Assembly: GCA_963796055.1 (NCBI GenBank)
Contig: CAWCKH010000004.1
Coordinates: forward strand, 608,001 to 672,000
Length of the DNA stretch: 64,000 nt
Source of the DNA: an uncultured delta proteobacterium
GTDB taxonomy: Bacteria; Myxococcota; Myxococcia; Myxococcales; Myxococcaceae
Direction of reading: 5' to 3'
How positions within the stretch are numbered: the first letter of the stretch is position 1; the number at the start of each line of letters is the position of its first letter. Positions 21,504 through 31,820 of this stretch are shown here, one piece after another. The notes beneath the pieces were generated by a model. It was not told the DNA's origin and did not search any database. It was given only the letters and a program-made list of their open reading frames with translations. The position numbers and the translations under genes are program-made.

Positions 21504-23081
21504 TTACCGAAGAGCGTTCAAGGCCTCGCGCGCCCGCGACGCCTCCGCACCCTCGGGTGCGGCCTGCAGGTAGCGCTGGTAGGCGTCGGCAGCTTCCGTG
21601 GTCTGTCCCGCCCGCCGGTATGCCTCGCCGAGCCAGAACTCGGCCACTGAATAACGCGGATTGGCCGCCAGTGCGCGACGGAACGCCGAGACCGCCGAGC
21701 GGGCCTCCCCCAGGTCGAGCAACGCCAGGCCCTGCGCAGCGTATCCCTCGGGGCGATCGGGCTCGAGCTCGATGGCCCGGGCGTACGTGTCGACGGCCGC
21801 CCGGGCGCGCGCGTGCTGGCGCTCCCGGTCACCCTGCGCCATCCATTGGTCGAAGGTTCGCGCCCGGGGCGGGGAGACACTGGCGACGGTCGCCGGGCGC
21901 GTGGAGGTACCGGGCCCGGGCGGTTCCACGGACCCGTGGGAGGGACCGGGGGGCGCGCTCCCGCCCGTTCCGGCGTCGACGGCTGCAGCGGGCGGCGTGG
22001 CGCCCCCGGTGCCTCCATCCGCCCGCCCGGCCATCCCCGCCAGCAGCTCCTCCTTCGCCCGTCGCTCGCGCTCCTCGACCTCGGCCTCGGCCGCGGCACG
22101 GGCCTGCTGCCCGTCCAGCAGCCGGGCCCGCTCCGCCTCCTGCCGGAGCTTCTCCTCCTGCGCCGGGACCCAGATCTGGAAGTAGGCCGCTGCCGCCACG
22201 CCCACGGCGCCCAGCACCAGCACCGCCGCCACCCAGGGCGCCTTGCTCCGATACCTCGGGGGCTCCCACCCGTCGGCGTCGTCCACCGCGCCCGGGTCGA
22301 CGCCCAGGCCCGCCCGCCGGGTGAACTGCGGCTGGTCCGCCTCCTCCGTCTGCTCCTGGGGCTCGACCGGGCCCTCGGGCATCGGCGCATCGTCGGGCGA
22401 AGGCCGGGTCGCCTCCCGGATCTCCTCGAGCGAGAAGGCCGACGGGGGGCCCGTGCGCGGCGTGTCCGCGGGCGATGCCGCGGCCCGGGGCGCCGCCTCG
22501 GGGGCGTCGAAGCCCGGCTCGGGCCTGCGTGCCACTTCCGGCGGGGGCTCGATCGGCGTCTCGAGACGGATGGGGGTGGGGGTCGACGTCGGCTCGGGCG
22601 GCCGGGCGCGGTCCGCGGCCCTCAGCTCCTCCTCGAGCCGCGAGGGCGCCTCGTCCGGTAGCTCGGCCCGGCGCAGGCGCTCCTCCAGCGCGTGAACCCG
22701 GTCCACCTCGTCGAGGAGCAGGAAGAAGGGCTGCAGCTCGGCGATGTCGCCCAGCCGCTTCCAGTGGTCGCCGTGGAGGCTGATCTCGTCGTCGCGGCCG
22801 AACTTCCGCTCGACGATCCACTTCTGCATGGAGGTCAGCTCGCGGAAGGCGATCATCCGGCCGCCCGGGCTCCGGACGCGCCAGGCCGGCTTCTCCACGA
22901 CCGGAGGCGGCACGGCGGTGGACTCACCCCCCGCGCCGACCGCCTCGGTCATGAGGAAGACCTTCTTCCGGACGCGGAAGACGTGGCCACAGGTGGTGCA
23001 GCGCACGGTGGTCCCCGCCTCGGAGACCCGCGCGTCGTCGAGCTCGTACAGCGTCTTGCACCGCTCGCAGCGGACGTCCAT
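21504..23081 (-). CDS. MJ0042-type zinc-ribbon / transmembrane / TPR protein
   Basis: MDVRCERC..VRCTTCGHVF, Pro-rich linker, single TM segment, C-terminal TPR repeats. Confidence 0.85.
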   Translation of the reverse strand: MDVRCERCKTLYELDDARVSEAGTTVRCTTCGHVFRVRKKVFLMTEAVGAGGESTAVPPPVVEKPAWRVRSPGGRMIAFRELTSMQKWIVERKFGRDDEISLHGDHWKRLGDIAELQPFFLLLDEVDRVHALEERLRRAELPDEAPSRLEEELRAADRARPPEPTSTPTPIRLETPIEPPPEVARRPEPGFDAPEAAPRAAASPADTPRTGPPSAFSLEEIREATRPSPDDAPMPEGPVEPQEQTEEADQPQFTRRAGLGVDPGAVDDADGWEPPRYRSKAPWVAAVLVLGAVGVAAAAYFQIWVPAQEEKLRQEAERARLLDGQQARAAAEAEVEERERRAKEELLAGMAGRADGGTGGATPPAAAVDAGTGGSAPPGPSHGSVEPPGPGTSTRPATVASVSPPRARTFDQWMAQGDRERQHARARAAVDTYARAIELEPDRPEGYAAQGLALLDLGEARSAVSAFRRALAANPRYSVAEFWLGEAYRRAGQTTEAADAYQRYLQAAPEGAEASRAREALNALR

Positions 23082-23206
23082 GCCCTGGAGCGTCTGTGCA
23101 TGGCACAGGGCTGGAAAATTGACCACCCCCGGCCCTGGCTCGACAGTCGACTGCTGCTTCAGGTCGTAACAGGTAGCCCCACTCGGGGGCGAGGGAGCGG
23201 TACGTC

Positions 23207-26083
23207 ATGGCGGCCAGACGGCCCCGTCCGGAGAAGAAGATCCTGTCGAAGCAGGAGGTCTCGTCGCGCAAGAAGGCACTGGCCGTTCGGCGCGTCGAGG
23301 GGACCGGGGTGGGTCACCGGGCACTCCTGGGTGTGGCGCTCCTTGCCCTGTCGTCCCTGGCGCTGGTTGCCCTGCTGACAGAGCCCGGACCGGGGGCCCT
23401 GCGCACCGCGCACAACGGAGCCGGCCCGGTGGGGCACGCCCTGGCGGCGCTTCTGGGTGGATTCCTGGGCATCGCCGCCCCGGCCATCCCGTTCGCCGGC
23501 GTCTATGTCTCGGGCGTCCTCCTGGTCGGCAAGCGGGAGAAGCGGCGCCTCTTCCAGACCCTGGCAGCACTGGTGCTGCTGGTCGCGACCTGCGTGCTGG
23601 TCCAGCTCGGGCTGGGCACGCCTGGTCTCCACCCCCGAAACCCGCCCGGCGGGGTCCTCGGGGTGGTGGTGTCGGCATGGCTGGTGGACCAGTTCGAGGT
23701 GCTGGGGACGGCCATCGTCGTCTCGGCGGTGGCCTTCGCGGCGATGCTGGTGGCCACCCACTTCGCACTGCTCCGGGGCCTGGCGGCGCTGGGGCACCTG
23801 GTCGGCGAGCTGGCGACGAAGGCGCGGGGCGCGCTGGTCGCGGCCTGGGCAGCGCAGAAGAAAGGCTGGGCCGCCCGGGTCGAGTCGCGGGCCGCGGCGA
23901 AGCTGGAGGAGGCGGCGTTCCTCGCCCAGCTCGAGGCCGACGAGGAGGAGCTGAGCCAGGCCGAGTCGGAGGCGCTGGAGGCCGAGGAGGTTGCCGAGGA
24001 GGCGCTCCGGCTGGCGCGTGACTCCGAGAGCAAGGCGCTGGAGCGCTCCAGGGGCCCGGCCTCGGGCACCGCGCTGGCGCCCGGAGCGGACCCGGTCTGG
24101 ACGCGCGAGCTGGCCGCCGGGGCAGCCCCTGCGCCCGAGGCTCCCAGGCGGCGGCGCAGGGGCGATCAGCAACCGGAGATCGTCACTCCCCCGGCAGCCG
24201 TGGGCACCAGCCTCGTGCCGATGGCCACTGCCGCGGTGGGGGTGGCGGTGGCGGCTGCCGAGGAGGTCATGCCGCTGGCGGCCATCGTGCCCAGCCCGCC
24301 CCGGGCCCCGCTGATCGTCGAGCCCAAGGCACCGCCGAAGCCGACCAAGCACAAGGAGCAGAACCAGTTCGAGTTCGTGGGGGGCCGTACCCAGTTCACC
24401 CCCCCACCGCTGGACGTGCTCGACTTCGACCGGCCCGAGCGCAGCGCCCTGGACAAGGAGGTCTTCCTCAGCACCGCGGAGAAGCTTCGCGCCAAGCTGG
24501 CCGACTTCGGCATCGTCGGTGAGGTGGTGGAGATCCGCCCCGGCCCGGTGGTCACGATGTACGAGTTCCTCCCCGGCCCGGGGATCAAGGTCTCGAAGAT
24601 CGCCGCGCTCGCCGACGACCTGGCGATGGCCATGGAGGCGATGCGGGTGCGCATCGTGGCGCCCATTCCCGGCAAGGGCGTGGTGGGCATCGAGGTGCCC
24701 AACCGGGACCGGGAGACGGTCTACCTCAAGGAGATCGTCGAGCAGGACGTGTTCCAGCGCTCGAGCAGCAAGCTGACCATGGCGCTGGGCAAGGACATCG
24801 AGGGCATGCCCTACGTGCTGGATCTGGCCAAGGCGCCGCACGTCCTCGCCGCGGGCACCACCGGCTCGGGCAAGTCGGTGGCGGTCAACTCGATGGTGAT
24901 GAGCATCCTCCTCAAGGCCACGCCCGAGGAGGTCCGCTTCATCATGGTGGACCCGAAGATGCTCGAGCTGAGCGTCTACGAGGGCATCCCCCATCTGCTG
25001 CTCCCGGTGGTCACCGATCCCAAGAAGGCGGCGCTGGCGCTGCGCTGGGCGGTGGAGGAGATGGAGCGGCGCTACCAGGTGCTGTCCGAGGCGGGGGTGC
25101 GGAACATCGCCGGCTACAACAAGCTGGTGGAGAGCGCGAAGGGCAACGCGCGGGTCCTGCTGGAGAAGAGGCGCGAGACGCCGAAGCCGCAGAAGGCTGC
25201 CTCGCTCCTGGTGGTGGACGTGGGCGAGGGCGAGTCGGAGGAGGAGGCGATTGCCCGGGCGAAGGAGGAATCGCTCGGGGTTCCCTCACCGCACGCCGCC
25301 GCCGAGGACCCACGCGCCAGCCTCGAGGGAGAGCCGCAGGCCGCCGGCGATCTGGACGAGGAGAAGGCCGCCGGGCCCGCGGCGGAGGAGAAGCCGAAGG
25401 AGCTCAAGAAGCTCCCCTACCTGGTGGTGATCATCGACGAGCTGGCGGATCTGATGATGGTGGCCAGCCGCGAGGTCGAGACCTCCATCGCCCGGCTGGC
25501 GCAGATGGCGCGTGCGGCCGGCATCCACCTCCTGGTCGCGACCCAGCGGCCGTCGACGGACGTGGTCACCGGGGTCATCAAGGCGAACTTCCCGACCCGG
25601 ATCAGCTTCATGCTCCGCAGCAAGCCGGACTCGATGACCATCCTCGGGACGGTGGGCGCCGAGTCACTGCTGGGCATGGGCGACATGCTGCTGATGCCGC
25701 CGACCAGCGCCAACATGGTGCGGGTGCACGGCGCCTTCGTCAGCGAGATTGAGATCAAGCGCGCCGTCGACCACCTCAAGGCGCAGGGCAAGCCGGTCTA
25801 CGACGAGAGCATCCTCCGACCGCGCGAGGAGGACCTGGCCGACGGCGGTGCCGACGACGAGCTGAGCGACGAGCTCTACGACCAGGCGCTGGCCACGGTG
25901 AGCGAGATGCGGCAGGTGAGCATCTCCATGCTCCAGCGGAAGATGCGCATCGGGTACAACCGTGCCGCGCGGATGATCGAGCGCATGGAGCGCGACGGGG
26001 TGGTCGGCCCGGCCGACGGCGCGAAGCCGCGGGAGGTGCTGCTCCGACCACTGGGCGAGATGCCGGGCGCGGGCGTCGGCTGA
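23207..26083 (+). CDS. ftsK: DNA translocase FtsK
   Basis: N-terminal TM helices; GTTGSGKS, DPKMLEL, IIDELADLMM, ATQRPS; gamma domain LQRKMRIGYNRAAR. Confidence 0.97.
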   Translation: MAARRPRPEKKILSKQEVSSRKKALAVRRVEGTGVGHRALLGVALLALSSLALVALLTEPGPGALRTAHNGAGPVGHALAALLGGFLGIAAPAIPFAGVYVSGVLLVGKREKRRLFQTLAALVLLVATCVLVQLGLGTPGLHPRNPPGGVLGVVVSAWLVDQFEVLGTAIVVSAVAFAAMLVATHFALLRGLAALGHLVGELATKARGALVAAWAAQKKGWAARVESRAAAKLEEAAFLAQLEADEEELSQAESEALEAEEVAEEALRLARDSESKALERSRGPASGTALAPGADPVWTRELAAGAAPAPEAPRRRRRGDQQPEIVTPPAAVGTSLVPMATAAVGVAVAAAEEVMPLAAIVPSPPRAPLIVEPKAPPKPTKHKEQNQFEFVGGRTQFTPPPLDVLDFDRPERSALDKEVFLSTAEKLRAKLADFGIVGEVVEIRPGPVVTMYEFLPGPGIKVSKIAALADDLAMAMEAMRVRIVAPIPGKGVVGIEVPNRDRETVYLKEIVEQDVFQRSSSKLTMALGKDIEGMPYVLDLAKAPHVLAAGTTGSGKSVAVNSMVMSILLKATPEEVRFIMVDPKMLELSVYEGIPHLLLPVVTDPKKAALALRWAVEEMERRYQVLSEAGVRNIAGYNKLVESAKGNARVLLEKRRETPKPQKAASLLVVDVGEGESEEEAIARAKEESLGVPSPHAAAEDPRASLEGEPQAAGDLDEEKAAGPAAEEKPKELKKLPYLVVIIDELADLMMVASREVETSIARLAQMARAAGIHLLVATQRPSTDVVTGVIKANFPTRISFMLRSKPDSMTILGTVGAESLLGMGDMLLMPPTSANMVRVHGAFVSEIEIKRAVDHLKAQGKPVYDESILRPREEDLADGGADDELSDELYDQALATVSEMRQVSISMLQRKMRIGYNRAARMIERMERDGVVGPADGAKPREVLLRPLGEMPGAGVG

Positions 26084-26222
26084 GGAGTGCCGGGGGAGCG
26101 CCCTCGCCTGCCGCCGTGACCTGTACAGCCGGACACGTTCTCCGCCGAACGTTGCGCGCCTGGGTCCTCGGGTCCACCCGGAGGTGACCGCTCGCGCGCC
26201 GGCGTGCGAGATTCCTCGTCCG

Positions 26223-28431
26223 ATGCCTGTCCGAGAAGGCGACGTCCTCGACAATCGATTCGAGATCGCGCGCACCGCGGCCAGCGGAGGGGATCGGCAC
26301 CGTCTTCCGCGGGACCGATCGCCAGACCGGCAGTCTGGTGGCGGTGAAGACGGTCCGGGCGGCCGCCGGGGCCGAGCGGTTCGGCCGCGAGGTCGAGCTG
26401 CTCTCCGCGCTCCGGCACCCCGGCATCGTCGCCTACCTCGGGCACGGGCGTACCCAGGACGAGCTCTACCTGGTCATGGAATGGCTCGAGGGCGAGGACC
26501 TGGCGACCCGTCTCGCCGGCGCGGAGGTCAGCGCTCCGGAAGCGCTGGAGATCGCCTGCCAGGTCGCGGCTGCCCTCGCGGTGGCGCACCAGCAGGGCAT
26601 CGTGCACCGCGACATCAAGCCGTCCAACGTCTTCCTCGCCGACTGGCGCCTGGATCGAGTCAAGCTCCTCGACTACGGGATCGCCCGGCGGGCGGGCATG
26701 GAATCGCTCACCGGCACCGGGTCGGTCGTGGGAACTCCGGCGTACATGGCACCGGAGCAGGCCCGCGGGCGCCGGGACGTCGATGCCCGTGCGGACGTCT
26801 ACGCGCTGGGTGCCCTGCTGTTTCGCTGCCTCGCCGGTCGGCCTCCGTTCGAGGGAGCGACTCCGGACGAGCTGATCGCCGCCGTGGTCCATCGCCCCGT
26901 CCCACGCCTCCGTGAGCTGCTCGAGGTGCCGCCCGAGCTGGACGCCTTGGTGGCGCGGATGCTGGACAAGGACCCCAGACGCCGGCCGGCCGATGGCGCC
27001 GCGGCCTGGGCGGCGCTGTTTGCCATCGACCTCGGGGCGGCCGAGGGGAGCGCCGAGCTCCCTCCGGGGCCCCCGCCCGGCTCGGAATCCCCCACCAGGC
27101 CCGGCTGGGCCACGCCGGCCACCGGCGAGCGCACCCCGGGTCAGGGGAAGGTCTCCTCCATCGCGGTGCTCTCGTTTCTCGACATGAGCTCGTCCGGAGA
27201 TCAGGGCTACCTGTGCGATGGGATCGCCGACGAGCTGATCAACACCCTCACCAAGGTCCGGGGCCTCCGGGTCGCCGCCCGGAGCACGTCGTTCCAGTTC
27301 AAGTCGCAAGCCGCGGACGCGCGGGCAATCGGCGCCCGGCTTGGGGTGGACGCGATCCTCGAAGGTGGCGTGCGCAAGTCGGGCGACCGCCTCCGGGTCA
27401 CGGTGCAGCTGGTGGACGTCCACGATGGCTCGCCGCGCTGGTCGCACCGCTTCGACGGCAAGCTCGACGACGTCTTCGACATCCAGGACCAGATCGCCTC
27501 CAGCGTGGCCACGGCGCTGCGGGGGATGCTGAGCACGCACGAGCTGGATGCCCTGCGCCGCCCGGGAACGACCGTGGAGGCCTACGAGCACTTCCTGCGC
27601 GGGCGGCAGCTCTTCTACAACGTCAACACGATCTCTCTGGAGGCGGCGGAGCGGGAGTTCCGGCGGGCCATCGAGATCGACCCGAGCTACGCACCGGCCT
27701 ATGCCGGGCTGGCGCAGATCCATGGGTGGAAGGTCGAGTGGCTGGCGGGAGACGAGGAGGTCCGGAAGGCCGCCGATGTCGCCAGCCGTCGCGCGCTCGA
27801 GCTGGGACCGGAGCTGTCGGAGTCGCACGTCGCCCGGGGGGCGGTGCTGGCCATGGAGCGGAACTACACGACGGCGGCGCAAGAGTACGATGAGGCAATC
27901 CGCCTGAATCCGGGCTCCTTCGATGCCCATTACATGTATGCCCGTTGCTGCGTCCAGTCGGGGCAGCTGGCCGAGGCGGTCGAGCTGTTCCGTCGAGCTG
28001 CAGAGATCCGGCTGGAGGACTTTCAATCCTCGATCCTCATGGACGTCCCGCTTCGGCGGCTGGGGCGGCTGGAGGAGGCATCCGCCGCCCGCCGCGAGGG
28101 CCTCCGCCGGGTGAAGCGCCAGCTCGAGCTCGAGCCGAGCAACGTCCGGGCGCTGGCCCTAGGCGCCGGCGCCCTGATGGACGAGGGGCAGCGCGAACGC
28201 GCACTGGAGTGGGCCGCCCGAGCGGTCCAGATCGCCCCGGACGAGCCGAATGTGATCATCAACGCCGCCTGCATGTACGCCCGGGCGAACATGAAGGACG
28301 AGGCTCTGGCGTGCCTGGAGAGGACCTTCGGCCGAGGAATCGGCAAGCGCGACTGGATCGAGAACGATCCGGACTACGACTTCCTCCGGGATGACCCCCG
28401 GTTCCGGGCGCTGGTGTCCAAGCTGCGCTGA
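26223..28431 (+). CDS. Ser/Thr protein kinase with TolB-N-like and TPR domains (+1 frameshift near 26290)
   Basis: ATG 26223 MPVREGDVLDNRFEI..ASGG continues as GTVFRG..VAVK after removing one G at 26289-26292; HRDIKPSN, DYG, GTPAYMAPEQ; SIAVLSF..Y.CDGIADELI; TPRs. Confidence 0.85.
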
Positions 28432-28455
28432 GCGGGATGCCAGCGGGCGGTCGTG

Positions 28456-29172
28456 CTAGCCGGCGACGCCCACTGTGAGCCAGGCGTTCATCGGAAACTG
28501 CACCGGACCCTCCCCCAGCACGGCGGCCATGGCCTGGCGCGCGGCCGCGGACAGTGGCGCCCAGCGTTCGTCCCCGAGCCCCCGGCGCATGAGGAGGATG
28601 GGGGCCATGCTCCGCTCCATCGACTCCCAGAGCGCGTCCACCGACGGATGCGAGACGGCGGTCGAGACCGGATGAACGGTCACCTGGTCGAAGAAATCCC
28701 CCATCTCTTCGCGGCAGGCCTCGGCCGTGGTGAGGGGCATCTCGCCCTCCGCGGGACCGGCTTGCCCATGCGTCCCGGCGAACGCCTCGCGGAGCGCGCG
28801 GTCGGGATAGAACATGAGACCGAAGAGGGAGAACGCTCCGGCGTAGGCGCGGTCCGGGTAAGGGAGCGCCTGGCCGTCCCCGACCCGGGGGCTGACGGTG
28901 GTCACCCCGAGCTCCTGGAGCCGACGCTCGAGCCGGGTGATCATCTCCGGGGAGAAGTCGATCGCATCGACGGTGAACCCGGCGCTCGCGGCGGTGAGCG
29001 CCAGCGTCCCCGGTCCACAGGCCACGTCCACCACCCGCGAACCGGCAGGAGGAGCGGCGAGCCGCAGGGCCTCCTGGGCGAAGAAACGGAAGGTGGGCAG
29101 GACCTCGGCCTCGTAGGCGGAGGCGACGAGATTCCACGGAATGGGGGTGGCGAGCGGCGAGGGTGAGGTCAT
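28456..29172 (-). CDS. Class I SAM-dependent methyltransferase, apparently internally deleted
   Basis: VVDVACGPG, IDFSPEMI, GDGQALPY, FGLMFYPDR; the usual RVLxPGG segment is absent. Start at ATG 29172. Confidence 0.75.
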   Translation of the reverse strand: MTSPSPLATPIPWNLVASAYEAEVLPTFRFFAQEALRLAAPPAGSRVVDVACGPGTLALTAASAGFTVDAIDFSPEMITRLERRLQELGVTTVSPRVGDGQALPYPDRAYAGAFSLFGLMFYPDRALREAFAGTHGQAGPAEGEMPLTTAEACREEMGDFFDQVTVHPVSTAVSHPSVDALWESMERSMAPILLMRRGLGDERWAPLSAAARQAMAAVLGEGPVQFPMNAWLTVGVAG

Positions 29173-29509
29173 CAGAAGGCTCGGGCCGGGAGCTTGCCTC
29201 GCGCTCGGGGGACTTTGTTCGTCGCTTCGAGCGCAAGGTTCTCGAGCTGGCCGCAGATCGCCGCGACGGTCGCGAGGTCGAGCCGAGGGACACGTGCGAC
29301 CCGGTCGCGGCTTCAGGACCCCGCTGGGCGGATGCCGTCTGCTGCCCAGAGGCGCCGCCCCCCCTTGCCCAGGCTCGTCGGGCGGCGCTGCCGTCGGAAG
29401 GCTCCGGCCGCATCGCGTCCACATCGAACCAGAGGCCGACCCGGTGCCTCGGCGTGGCGGGCATCACACCGACGTCGATCCCGCTTCCCAGCTCGGAGGA
29501 CAACGTCAA

Positions 29510-29938
29510 TCATCCGCCGCTCGCGTCGGGGCGCATGTACGTGAGGACGTGGTGCGTCAGGAGGTTCCCCGCCATGTCCATGACCGACGCCTCCCCGTAG
29601 AGGATCCGCCGCCCCGCGCGGAGGATGCGGGCCTCGGAGCGGATGTCCCCCAAGAGCGCAGGCCGGAGAAACGACGAGCTCATCTGGAGCGTCACCGCCG
29701 AAGGGTCCTCGCCGATCACCGTCATCCCGGCGATCCAGAACGAGACGTCGGCCAGGGTCATCGCGCAACCGCCCTGCAGCACTCCACCCGGCCGCTCGAA
29801 GTTGGACTGGAACGGGAGGACGAGCCGGGCGCGCCCTGCCCCCAGCTCCTCCACCCGGTACCCCCACCAGCGCCCGAAGGGACTCCCGTCGATCATGCGC
29901 TGGGCGGTCTCGAGGTCGATGAGCGCCTCTCCGAGCAT
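29510..29938 (-). CDS. PaaI family thioesterase (hotdog fold)
   Basis: GGVLQGG..MTLAD, VTLQMSSSFLRP, ILRAGRRI. Confidence 0.85.
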   Translation of the reverse strand: MLGEALIDLETAQRMIDGSPFGRWWGYRVEELGAGRARLVLPFQSNFERPGGVLQGGCAMTLADVSFWIAGMTVIGEDPSAVTLQMSSSFLRPALLGDIRSEARILRAGRRILYGEASVMDMAGNLLTHHVLTYMRPDASGG

Positions 29939-29950
29939 CGGCGGACGCTC

Positions 29951-30010
29951 CTACTTGGCCGCCACGAGCGGAACGGCGCACACCCCCAGCATCAGCACGG
30001 CACGGCGCAT
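29951..30010 (-). CDS. 19-aa small ORF MRRAVLMLGVCAVPLVAAK (signal-peptide-like; probable gene remnant)
   Basis: Strong GGAGGAGG RBS, ATG at 30010, TAG at 29953-29951. Confidence 0.45.
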   Translation of the reverse strand: MRRAVLMLGVCAVPLVAAK

Positions 30011-30092
30011 CGGCTCCCTCCTCCGGTGAACGGCGGCCGGGAGTCAACCACGCTTGCAGCGAACGGGGTGAGACAGTAGCGCTGGGGTCTCG

Positions 30093-31397
30093 ATGCCCCC
30101 TCGACTTCCCCTCTTCGCCACCGCCGCCCGCGGAACGGAGGACCTCCTCGCCGAGGAGCTCGCCGAGCTCGGCGCGGTCCGGGTGCGGGCCGACCGCGGC
30201 GGGGTGCGTTTCTCCGCCAATCTCCACGAGGCGCTCCGGGTCGCCCTCTGGTCGCGCATCGCCATGCGGCTCCTCTGGCCGCTGGCGGAGACCGAGGCCC
30301 AGGGCGCGCAAGGGCTCTACGACGCCGCGCATGCGGTCGCCTGGGAGGAGCACCTCGACCGGGGCGCGACGTTCGCGGTGGAGGCCACCCTTCGCGACTC
30401 GGAGCACACCCACTCGGGGTTCGTCGCGCTGAAGATCAAGGACGCCCTCGTGGACCGCCTGCGCGAGAAACGGGGTGGTCGCCCCGACGTGGACACCCGC
30501 CGGCCCGACGTGCGCGTCGTGGCCCACCTGGCCGGCACCCGGCTCTCGCTGTCGCTCGACGTCGCCGGCGCGCCCCTGAACCAGCGTGGCTATCGTGTTC
30601 GGCCCACCGTGGCGCCGCTCAAGGAGACGCTCGCCGCGGCCATCCTCCGCGCCGTCCGCTACACCGGGGACGAGCCGCTGGTGGACCCGATGTGCGGCTC
30701 GGGGACGTTCCTCATCGAGGCCGGCTTGCTCGCGGTGCGGCGGGCGCCCTCGGTGCACCGGACGTTCGGGATCGAGCGCTGGCCCACGCTGGGCGCCGAG
30801 GCGCGGACCATCCTCGACCGGCTCCGCGCCGAGGCTCGGGCCCACGAGCGGCGCGCCCCCTTCCCCATCCGCGGCTTCGACCGCTCCGGCGAGGCGCTCG
30901 AGGCGGCCCGGGCCAACGTGCGGGCGGCCCGGCTGGAGCGGGAGATCTCCCTCGCCGAGGCCGACGCCACCCGCCCGCTCCCCCTCGGGGAGCTCGACCA
31001 CGGGGTCCTGGTGACCAATCCCCCGTACGGCGACCGGCTCACCCAGGGCGGGCAGAAGGGGATGAAGACCTTCTACTTCCACCTCGGCGAGCGGCTGGGC
31101 GCCCTCGACGGATTCCGGCTGGCCATCCTCTCCGGGAACCCGGCATTCGAGGCGGCGTTCCACCACCGGCCGCTCCGGCGCCGGTCGCTCTGGAACGGTC
31201 CCATCGAGTGCGCGCTGCTCGAGTACGCGGCGCGCGGCTCAGACCCGCGGCTCGCCTCGCCGGAGCAGCCGGCCGATGTTCCCCCGGTGCGTCCAGAGAA
31301 TCGCCAGGAACAGCGCCGTGGTCAGCGCAGCGGCAGCCAGCGGCGTCCCCGGCACGAGCCACGCCACCCCGACCGCGACGACCCCGGCAAGCAGTGA
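30093..31397 (+). CDS. THUMP-domain rRNA methyltransferase (RlmL/YpsC-like)
   Basis: RGYR..APLKETLAAAI, DPMCGSGTFLIEA, NPPYGDRL, LWNGPIEC. Confidence 0.9.
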   Translation: MPPRLPLFATAARGTEDLLAEELAELGAVRVRADRGGVRFSANLHEALRVALWSRIAMRLLWPLAETEAQGAQGLYDAAHAVAWEEHLDRGATFAVEATLRDSEHTHSGFVALKIKDALVDRLREKRGGRPDVDTRRPDVRVVAHLAGTRLSLSLDVAGAPLNQRGYRVRPTVAPLKETLAAAILRAVRYTGDEPLVDPMCGSGTFLIEAGLLAVRRAPSVHRTFGIERWPTLGAEARTILDRLRAEARAHERRAPFPIRGFDRSGEALEAARANVRAARLEREISLAEADATRPLPLGELDHGVLVTNPPYGDRLTQGGQKGMKTFYFHLGERLGALDGFRLAILSGNPAFEAAFHHRPLRRRSLWNGPIECALLEYAARGSDPRLASPEQPADVPPVRPENRQEQRRGQRSGSQRRPRHEPRHPDRDDPGKQ

Positions 31398-31820
31398 GCC
31401 CACCGAGCTGATGCGCAGCACCGCGAGCACCACGGCATAGGTCAGCACCGAGGCCAGCGCCGCCCGGGGCGCCAGGACCGCCAGGACCCCCAGCGCCGTG
31501 GCCACGCCCTTCCCTCCCCGGAACCCGAGCCAGGGCGGAGCGACGTGCCCGGCGAACGCGGCCAGCCCCACCAGCGCCGGCACCACCGGCCCCGGGGCCA
31601 CCGCGCGCGCCAGCAAGACGGGTAGCCCGCCCTTGAGCGCGTCGAGGACCAGCACCACGGCACCGAGCCCCTTCCCCGCGACGCGGGCCACGTTGGTGGC
31701 CCCGATGTTGCCGCTCCCCTCGGCGCGGACGTCCACCCCGCGCGCTGCGCGGACCAGGAGCAGCCCGAAGGGGATGCTGCCCGAGAGGTAGCCGAGCAGC
31801 ACCAGGCCGGCGGCGGTCAT
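31239..31820 (-). CDS. plsY: Glycerol-3-phosphate acyltransferase PlsY
   Basis: GYLSGSIPFG, GSGNIGATN, FRGGKGVAT, HRGNIGRL; start at ATG 31820. Confidence 0.95.
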   Translation of the reverse strand: MTAAGLVLLGYLSGSIPFGLLLVRAARGVDVRAEGSGNIGATNVARVAGKGLGAVVLVLDALKGGLPVLLARAVAPGPVVPALVGLAAFAGHVAPPWLGFRGGKGVATALGVLAVLAPRAALASVLTYAVVLAVLRISSVGSLLAGVVAVGVAWLVPGTPLAAAALTTALFLAILWTHRGNIGRLLRRGEPRV

